DNA of 64,000 nt, from NCBI GenBank assembly GCA_965112155.1, contig OZ218102.1; one strand, 5' to 3'. Shown in pieces: positions 53,501 to 64,000 of this stretch; the stretch's first letter is position 1; each line of letters starts with the position of its first letter. The notes under the pieces are model-generated. The model saw only the letters and a list, made by a program, of their open reading frames with translations, was not told where the DNA came from and made no database searches. The translations under genes were made by a program, and so were the position numbers. Source of the stretch: Podarcis liolepis (lineage: Eukaryota).

Positions 53501-54938
53501 AACTTGGTTTCAAAATGCCAGTCAGCTAGTATGCTGGATATCTCAGAGGGCACAAATGTGCTACATTTCAGCCTTTTTTTGGGGGGGGGGTGTTAGAGAA
53601 TATAGTTGTTTTTATTTTTATATACTTCTGCAAAAAGTAGCCACTCTCACTCCACATGTTAACTTGAAATCCTGTTCTAATGTAACTTAGAAGTTGTTAA
53701 GTCCATACGAACAGGGTTTATAGTAGAAGTCATTGAGAAGCTATTTCAGGAGCCGTATGATACAATTTAATGTACAGTTTTAAACATTTGATTCAGTTGA
53801 AGGATGGTCTCCCTTCGCAGCATAAAACGGAGTTGTGAGTTTTCAAATGCATTTTCTTAGAGATTTCTCTAGTAGTCACTAAGGGAAAGATTTGATTGCT
53901 ATCTTACAGTATTTTAAACGCTCTCATAAAAGCAGTGGAAAATAATTACTTGGTATCACTGTATACTATTGCAGAGCTGTGCTTTAATGGTGAAAGATAA
54001 AATCAGCAGGTTTTAAGTGGCAGGGGACTTTAGACTGGTTTCTTAGGAAAAATGACAGTATTTCTGGAGCCTTTGGTACATGTTGCTTGACTATTTTTAG
54101 GGAAGTTGAAACCATCTTCCCAGAAAGCTTTAACATGAGTGAATTGTCTTCTGACAAATGTGTTTCAAGTATAGAAAGTTGGCCAATGGGAATTGTTTTC
54201 TATGCTTTAAAACAAAACCTGCCTTCAAGTGGTTGCCACATGTCATTTAGTTTCCACCTGTATTCCCCACCTCCTCATCCTTTCTGAAGTCTCCCAGCAA
54301 TGTTTTTTTCCCAGGTGCAGAAAGACAGCTGAGAGAAATAGTGGGGAGGGTCAGATTATAGCAGCAGGAATCGGATGGTCACAAAATTATGTTGTTCTGT
54401 ACTTCCTTCCACTCCTAATCCTTTGAGGCATAGTCCAGAGGACAGAAACAGATCCATCAACTATGCCAAGTGAAGGAAGATCACAATGGCAGTGCCCTCC
54501 AAGAGGCAGAAATGCATCTTGCTCTTGCATTTTTGAGTTGTGTACTCTCAGTGACTTGCTTGTCTGCTTGTACTCAGGACTTGCTTGTCCGCAGCATAAA
54601 CAAATTGTAGTGATCTGTGCATAATTTAATACAAAAGTATTTTTGTTACACCATTTTAGTTTTGAGGGACTAAATATATGAACTCTTTGTCTCCTTTTGT
54701 TCATCATTTTAAAAGAAAACGTTTCATAATCCAAAAATGTTTTACATTTTTTGGGGGGTGGAGAGACGTGCTTTTTAAAAACGGGGGGGGGGGACTCCTA
54801 CTTTTTCTGGAATGATTCCATTTTTCTCTGAGCCTTCACATCTGTCCCTGACTGTGTGTACCTGAATGAAGCAGTGTGAATTCTGATGGCTGAAGGTTTA
54901 TCAAGTTGCAGGTGGGATGCGTGTACTCACTTCTGTGA

Positions 54939-55229
<291 letters not shown>

Positions 55230-56479
55230 TAGGATTCCTAACCCCTTTTTACTAGGAAAGGAAGGTTATCTGCTTACACCGGCTGGGAGAGTACGTGTTA
55301 CATGATGCTTTCTAAAGGATAAGCTTTAGCCTTTTTCGTTTTATGGCCTCCATGAAACTTGCAGCACATTCTTTGACTGTTAGCTAGATACTGAATATGA
55401 ATATAAATTTGGCTTTTTGTAATCAATGGATAATTTTGTGGAATGTATCCATTATGAAATTACTAACATTTGGTTTTAGTTTTGTAGAAGTCTTTTATTA
55501 TCCACATTTCAGCAGAAGCTTATGACATTCTTGGCAATCCGCTGGTTAAATAACAAGCACTCCCCGTTTAAATGGCATGCCCTCACTGTGGATAGCAGCT
55601 TATTCTGTTGTTTTTTTTAAAAAAAGCAACAGGATCTCTTAGCATACAAAGTAGTGATTAAATCTATATAGAAAAGACCTAACATACGGGGCTTCTCTTG
55701 CACATTATACTAGATGCCCCTGCGTGGTCATTCACATGAATCATATTTCTGGGTCAGCTGTCATTTTAGTTAACTTATTTATTTAGTACATTTATATTGC
55801 ATCTTCTTTCCAGCACAGAAATCAGGGTTCTTTACATTGGTGGTCTCCCATTGGTCTCCCATTTAGGCATTGAACAGATCCAGTCTGTGGGCATGTGACA
55901 CTGAGAAGGACTATTTGACTTTGGTTGAGGAGAGGAACTGCTAAACAGGCGGCGACCATTTTGTGTTTGTCCAACTGACACACAATCACTGATGCCCGGG
56001 TCCTTTTGGACCTAGCAGAGGGCAGAACAGGGGCAGGCTAATGCAGTGGGGGGGGGGCAGGAATTGGAATCCCCATGCAAAATGGTTGCTGCCTGCACAA
56101 GGGCATATTCCAACATTTTGGTTTTTAATTTTTTTTACCCCTGAGTATGCTTGAATACAGCAAAGTAAAGCGTTCCCTGTATTATACAGGTTCTGCAGAG
56201 TGCTGCTGATTGGGGAATGATGCCTTGGTGGGGTGGAAGCTGTGGCAGAGCTTGACTTTCTGATTCTTTCAATTCTGAATAAGACGTTTTAAAATTCTCA
56301 TTCTATAGAAGTTAATGAGAATCACAGCTATGTTAATGAACCGGGAGACTAAGGAAAGAGGGGTTGTGTTTTCTAATGCTTCATGGAACTGTTAATTTGC
56401 TTTAGCAAAATTTAGTATTGCAGCTTGACTTAATCTTTGCCAGATTCATTGCTGAAATTGAGTAATGGTCAGTAGATAA

Positions 56480-56581
<102 letters not shown>

Positions 56582-58091
56582 TAAGTAACTTTATCTTAGA
56601 ACCTTACTTTTATCTTTTTATTCATTTATAGCTTCTTCCAGTGTACTTGAATTACATGTAATAGAAATATATATGCAACAGATTAAAATATGTCTCTCAA
56701 CCTTTGATCCACCAAGGTAAATTAATTTACTGCAAGACAGACACCTTTATTCTGGCAGGTTAAAAAGCTGGAAAGAAAAGCTTTTTGTGCTTTGTTTTTT
56801 CGCAAAGGCTTTCTTGTTTTTTTAAAAATTACCATGGAAAACTTCAGAACCAAAGAAAACAATGGATATTTTCAATCTCATTGCTGCCTCATGGACTCAT
56901 TCTTTCAGATTTTATATTATTTTCCCCTCCTTTACTTCCTGAGACCTGTGGCTGCTGTTTTATTCCCCAGTAAGTGGTAGCCTTAGAAAGTGAGGATTTT
57001 CTGGAAGACTGCAGACCAGTGCTCTGTTACTAATCTGGCTGGCTTCAAAGCACATGAAAGGTAGAAAACACTGGCTTCCTCTTGCCAGTGCGGAAGTTTA
57101 CTTCCCTTGAACCTTCTTTACAGATGTGCAGCTCTGAAGCATTGTTTTAAATGGTTTGGTTGGAGCATTTTCTGAACCAAAGCGTGGAGACGCTAAGGCT
57201 TGAGTTGCTGTTAATTGTTTGTAAATCTGTGACTGCAAGGGCTTCCTCAGAATTGCAGGTACATTTGGACAAGAAGAAAAATAGTCAAAACAGTCTGTTT
57301 CCCATGCTAGTCCTTGTCTGTTTCAGAATCCCATGCAAATGTCTGGTGCACATATTTGTTGTATTCATGCCACCTTCGGGCTGATCAGACTTATATAATG
57401 GATGCACATCAGCGTCTGATAGCAGATCACACACAAATGCCATTGCCTTACGCAGTCCTGCCTTTACGGATTGTCGAGACGTATCTGCAAGCAAATATGG
57501 TTTGGATTGTAACCATGGAACAGGTTGCTTATATTTGGATCAGATTCAGCCAGACCCTACTTACATCCCATGATTCTGGTTGTGTCTCTTTGTCTCTCTC
57601 CTATGTGTGTGTTATTATGGGGCAGTCAACGTGGTTCCCTCCATATGTTGTTGGACTACTACTTCCATCATTCCTGCCCATTGGCCACATTGGCTGGTGC
57701 TGATGGGAGTTGTACTTAAACTGGAGGGTACCACATTGGCTAGCCCTGCCATACTCTTCGCCCAAGGCACTAAGAGCAGTTTCTGCATGATTCCCAGAGG
57801 TTTACCATCCAGGTTGTTTACAGAAGCAGATCTGCTTAATTTTTAGCAATAGAACTGAGTCGCCCCCAACATTTCTCTGTTTTTCTTTGTTTGTTTTCAT
57901 CATAAAGTACTTCCTCAAACAAAATGATTTTTATATTTGGAAGGGTGGGTAGATTATTGGTTTCTGTAGGATTGGTAAAAAATGGCAAGGTAGATGGATA
58001 GCTATCATTATTCATCTGCCGCCAGAAAGAGGAAAACAAGCAAGGAAAGTAGTATTAAACAACTTTGCTGCTCAGATCATAAGGTAGGTAG

Positions 58092-58304
<213 letters not shown>

Positions 58305-59412
58305 TAAGAACTCTTTCTTGCTGGGCCATGGGCTGAAAAGGGATGTGCTGATATAATTGACAATATTTATATGATGCAATGGGAGCACTATAACGTTAAA
58401 TGCATGTGCACACAGGGCAGGTTCAAAAATGAGTATTAAAAGAGATGAAACGAATCAGTCACAGGAACAGGGAGGGTCCTGAAAATACACATCTCAGCTG
58501 TTAAAACCCAGGATAAACATTGCATGTCTGATACTGCATATTTTTAGCAAAGTGAACAGGAAGCGTATGATTTGGGAAAGTTTTAATTATGCAGTCAGTT
58601 GTGGACCTGCCAAAGGTACACCTCAATAAGTTGATCTTTTTGTTTGAGTTGCACTTAGACCAGGTCCAGCTGCAGACTTCAGGGGCCCTCAGCACAGTGC
58701 TGCAGATGCCCTCTCAACACTCATGCTCTATGCATACCCAGGGTGGTCAACCATTTTCCTTCTGTGCCCTCCTTGTTGGGCCCTCAGATGGCTTTTTAGC
58801 AGGAATGATTAATGATTCATTAGAGTGGGGGTGGCACCATTTGTTTTAAGAAGACCTGACTTAGACAGTGCCCTAAGCACAGGGACATGAAATAGATACC
58901 CTCAATCATCAATTTGCGTTTTGCTCAACCTTAGCTGGGCAAATGTATTCCACCACATTTATGTAGCACTTTACAGTTAAGTACATGCTTGTCCTTTCCT
59001 AAGTTGGAACTCCTCAGCCTAGTGATCTTTTTTCACCCACCTCTAGCCAGAGAACCATCAACAGCAGGCCTTCTACCCACTATCTGACTTGAATCATGCA
59101 AGAATATACCTTGTCTAAAGTATTGTACGGGGTCTGAAAATCCTACCGGCTTCTTTTTTAAAAAAGTATTTACTTTACTCATGCACCTGTCTCATACATC
59201 CCAAAGTTGCTTTCCAGACCTGTTTTAAGCATAGCATATGGTTCACAGATTCATCAAGTAACCAGCAGTGGAACTCGTGATTTCTGCTCACATATATGCT
59301 GTGGCCCAATATGTGGGGCCTTCCAGTCAATTATAGGAACATGTTTCATCTTTAGTGCTATGCATGAAATAGCTCCAGTCTAATGCCAGTAATGTCCTAG
59401 CTCATCCCCATA

Positions 59413-59717
59413 CAGTGGTACCTCGCAAGACAAATGCCTCGCAAGACGAAAAACGCGCAAGACGAAAGAGTTTTCCGTTTTTTGAGTCGTTCCGCAAGAC
59501 GAATTTCCCTATGGGCTTGCTTCGCAAGACGAAACGTCTTGCGAGTTTGTTTCCTTTTTCTTAAAGCCGCTAAGCTGCTAAGCCGTTAATAGCCGCTAAG
59601 CCGTTAATAGCCGCTAATAGCCGCTAAGCCACTAATAGCCATGCTTCGCAAGACGAAAAAACCGCAAGACGAAGAGACTCGTGGAACGGATTAATTTCGT
59701 CTTGCGAGGCCCCACTG
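59413..59717. mobile_element. Tc1-mariner/pogo (Tigger-like) MITE, family B
   Basis: TIR CAGTGGTACCTCGCAAGAC / GTCTTGCGAGGCCCCACTG; TA TSD; repeated CGCAAGACGAA motif. Confidence 0.88.
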
Positions 59718-59944
59718 TATAATGTATTTGAAAGAGTGTGGATAGTGATACTATAATTCTCAAGCCTGGGGCTGGAAATAGAGCTGTATGATTGTCACTG
59801 GAACAGGCTATACAACTGGCAAGAGAGAAGAGTATAGGGGATGGAGAAGCCTCACCACTTTTTTTTTTAGAAACTTAAGGTGGCATTCCACTATGTTTTA
59901 CTCAGAGTAGACCCATAGAAATTAATAGACTTAACTTAGTCATG

Positions 59945-60015
59945 AAGACAGGAGTGCCTGGCATGCTCTGGTCCATAGGGTCACGAAGAGTCGGACAGGA
60001 CTAAACAACAACAAC
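59945..60015 (+). mobile_element. RTE-BovB LINE extreme 3' end
   Basis: aagacaggagtgcctggcatgctctggtccatagggtcacgaagagtcggac plus (caa)n tail; 12-bp TSD aacttagtcatg at 59933-59944 and 60016-60027. Confidence 0.85.
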
Positions 60016-60548
60016 AACTTAGTCATGGTGATAATTCAGTTGAAGAGCCACCTATTTCAAAATCACTAATCCCAGCCAATATTGGGTTTGGATTGGATTG
60101 CTCTCTTAGAGTTATATGAATGCTCCAGCACTATGGTTCAAATACAGATTCACAAATTGCCTGAGCCTGGGGTGGGGTGGGAGGAGTTGCGTCGCTTAAC
60201 AATGCTCTGAAAGATACCCCTTGGCCAATCCCTCAGGCTTTTAGATATCAGCATGAAAAATTTGTTTTTAGGCAAATGGTTTGTTTGTTTATTCTAAAAT
60301 AATCCTAAAGCAAGATACAATACCACTGAAATGCAATAAATTTGTATATTAAATTGATCTACAGTAAAACTGCTGAGAGTGCATACACTGTCTAACAAAT
60401 GAACTTTTGTATTTACAAATAATGAAAGAATTTCCACAAGAACCATTCTCGGTTTGCCTAGTGTATGCTTCACATAATGGTTACTCAAATTCTCCCCTGT
60501 GAGCTGCCTTGAGCTTCATTTCAAAAGACAGAACATAGGCTGCTAAGG

Positions 60549-60601
<53 letters not shown>
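60549..60601. repeat. (AAT)n microsatellite
   Basis: Read directly. Confidence 0.95.
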
Positions 60602-60602
<1 letters not shown>

Positions 60603-60771
60603 TAGAATACAAATAAGCATCAATGGGAATCACCATCGTTCATAATGCATGCATATTAAATACTCCAGACTGTAACATGTGAACACACCCTGACTTTAAC
60701 TGAACAGCCCTGAAGTATTGTGAATATGGAAGATGCCTGATATAGACACATTGAGTTAATTAACACAGTGA

Positions 60772-60954
<183 letters not shown>

Positions 60955-63718
60955 TAAGGAGTATCTTAAATGAGAGCATGCCTATTGCAAGATATGTTAA
61001 GGAGAGTTTGTGCGTTTCAAGGCCCCTGGCAATGAAGGGCACTTGCACAAGTTATGCACAATACACATTGCACACATACCCTGGTAGAATCCCTGTTCAC
61101 AGAGTACAAAGCACTGAGCACTGGTTTTGCCCACACTACAACCGTGTCCAAGTATCTGAAAAACAACCATTAATTTCTATGGATAAACTAAAAGAGGTGC
61201 ATTCAGTGTATTAATCTCTTCCTATAATCCCAGCCAGTGAGAATCACCCCATTCCATCCTGAGTTCTTTTTCAGTGTTAAAGTGCACTGCAGTTTGATTC
61301 TGATTTCTATATATGTAGATATAGTAGAAATAGAAGTCTGAACACAGCACCAAGATCAGTTAAGTATTGTGGATGAGAAACAGTATTGGAGATTCTGTTG
61401 AAGCCACAAATTATAAAATTTCTTAGGCTTGCATTTTAATTTGAAATGGAGTTTCTTCCCAGGTTGGTATTTATTTTTGAAGTAGTACGCTCTTGAATAC
61501 CAGCTATCATGGATTGTCTCCCATGGTAAATTGTGAGCTGCATGGACTTCCCCACATCTAGAGAGTCTAGCAGCATATTGAAGCTAACAACCAAGTAAGG
61601 ATTATCACATAAATTCGTCATCTGAACCATCCTTCAGTGAATATATGCATCTGTTGAATATGTGTGAATCACATGGATAAAGTCTTACACTGGGTATCCC
61701 AATAGCTTTCTCCTTCCATTTGTGGTAGAAATTTCCCGCTCCATATTTTTCCTAAAAGCTGTCATGCTAATTTATATTGAGGAAATGACAACTTCTTTTG
61801 AAGTCAGTGGGCTATTTGCCATTGATGGTAGAGGCGCCACAATTTTAGCCTGTGCATGCCGATAGATTCATATTGTCTCTAAATAGACATGGAGATCACA
61901 GGGACCAGACATGAAAGAGTACTTACAAGATATGGAAGTAACATCAGATCAAAAGTGTACTATGAACTTTTTTTTTTTTGCTGTGTGCCATGCTCCTGTG
62001 TATTTTACATTTAATTAACCATCACTGTCTTAATAGGAAAACATTCACTGTTGCTTTTTTTTAAAAAAGGAAAATCACATAATTTGTTAAAAACACACAC
62101 ACACGCAACCCAGCTTTTAAAATTTGATTTTTCACATCTTAGAATCGTAACTTGTGGTTTAGCAAATGAAGAGATTGGTATTTAAATGAATACAGCTGCT
62201 CTGCAGAAGTTGAAAGAGAAGCAGCATTTCAAGGAGAAAAAATAACTTTATTCTCCTGCCAAAACTGTTGTTTCAAGAACTTCTATAGCCCTGGCTTCAG
62301 ATTCAGCTGACACTGTAGCTCTTTTTCTCCTCTTCCTCATCTTTTTAAAGATTTATTTTATTTTCATTAAACATTTACAAATGACAAATAAAACGACACA
62401 GAAATGTAGCTGTTACAAGACTGTACAAAGCGATGCACGATACAGTAGCAAGGAAAGTATCCACCAATGTAACATTGTGAGCACTCTGCTCCCATGGACT
62501 TGGAAATTTAAGGATCCTATGCCTTATATCCTATGCCCCACTTTCAAAAGGCCTTTCCATATAGGAGCTGGATAGACTGGTGGTCCTCTTCTGGCTAAGA
62601 CAATCCAGATGGCTATGTCACAGACATAATTAATCCAGGTCTCCATTGGTGGCTCTGGTTCAGCTTTCCAGTGACAAGACAGAGTTGGTCACTCGGCCGT
62701 CAACAAGAAGAATCCTAGGTCCCTATGCTTAATCACTGGGTTTTATTTGCTATGAAAATGTAGGACACAAGCGACTAGGAAGGTTTTCTGTGTTAGACTC
62801 ATTGAATGAAAGTGCCATGCTCCCTCTGATTTCACTGGGGCTTGCTCAAAATCATTGCTAAGTTTATTGAGTTCCACAAATGCTGGTGGAAGCAACTACA
62901 GTGAGCAAAGAAATATATTTAGAGTACCATATTGCAGTGACTTGAGTATTACTTGCTTGAGCACATGTAAATTGAAATATGATATTATAAAATGCAAAAT
63001 AGCCAGCTTAACCAAATGGATATTGGAAAGAAAGGATCGTTCTCTCTGCAAATTGTTTCCATGTGCTGGGGGGGGGGGAAATAGTTCTGTGTAGGGTGAA
63101 ATTTTGTTTTTATCATCGTAAGCAAAATGTTTGCTTTTGATGTGGCTACAGTATATGTCTCGACTGGTGTGGTTAAAGTTGATGTTGTTGGAACTGACAC
63201 ATCTGCCTCAGAATTCCCTTTTTTGTTGGTTTGGGTCCCCCGCTCCTTTTTCACACTCCTCTGGTGACTTCTAGTTTTATGAGTAGCTATTACCCTCCCC
63301 CCCCTCCGTCTAAAGAGCTTAAGGCCTTTTATCCTCACATCTACTATATAAAGTTGAGTTAGCTGAGAAATGAAGCCAGCAACCCAGAAGAAAGAATCAT
63401 GGATGGGTAGGGATTGAACCCGAGTTTCTACAGTCTTAGTTCTGACACTGGCCCTGTGTGCACATCTTGAGTAAACCATAGTTTGTACCATGCTTGCTCC
63501 TTCATGCTTGAATACAGATGAACTGACCCACAATATATGGCTTTGCATTCCATCCAAACCCAAGTATCATGGTTTGTTTTGCTTCCAGCAAATCACAATC
63601 GGTAAGCCAAGAAAAACCCTTTGGGGGTACAGAGCACCAGTGAGATCAGGAAAAGTGACAGAGCCTTCTTATGCATGTTTACAGTAAGCTATTAACCATG
63701 GTTTACTGTGATATGTGA

Positions 63719-64000
<282 letters not shown>

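Noticed and set aside
59413-59717. CRISPR-like appearance (short repeat with variable spacers)
   Set aside because: The repeat is only ~11 bp with irregular spacing, is bounded by TIRs and a TA TSD, sits in a vertebrate intron, and has no cas genes nearby.
62985-63563. 192-aa antisense ORF in the last intron
   Set aside because: No recognisable domain, composition looks random, and it overlaps decayed repeat-like sequence.

Overview
This is vertebrate genomic DNA, not microbial. The whole window lies inside the FGFR2 gene on the + strand. It runs from intron 5 through the second IgII exon, IIIa, the mutually exclusive IIIb/IIIc exons, the transmembrane exon and all kinase exons, into the last coding exon, which is cut off at the window edge. 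All 14 exons splice in frame at AG/GT boundaries; exon 10 also has the known non-canonical GA donor. Exon numbers follow the convention IIIa=7, IIIb=8, IIIc=9. The repeats (Sauria SINE, Squam3-like SINE, BovB, L2/CR1, Tc1-mariner/pogo and hAT MITEs) point to a squamate, most likely a lacertid lizard (inference). I see no wholly new biological system. The most notable region is intron 8, which controls the IIIb/IIIc switch. The ISE-2/ISAR long-range RNA stem, RBFOX sites and UGG-rich ESRP-type sequence are recognisable there. The loop of that stem also carries a young, CpG-rich 704-bp TIR element made of 107-bp double-hairpin repeats, and the U-rich TIA-1 element known from mammals appears to be missing. 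Human sequence comparisons are from memory and need an alignment to confirm.
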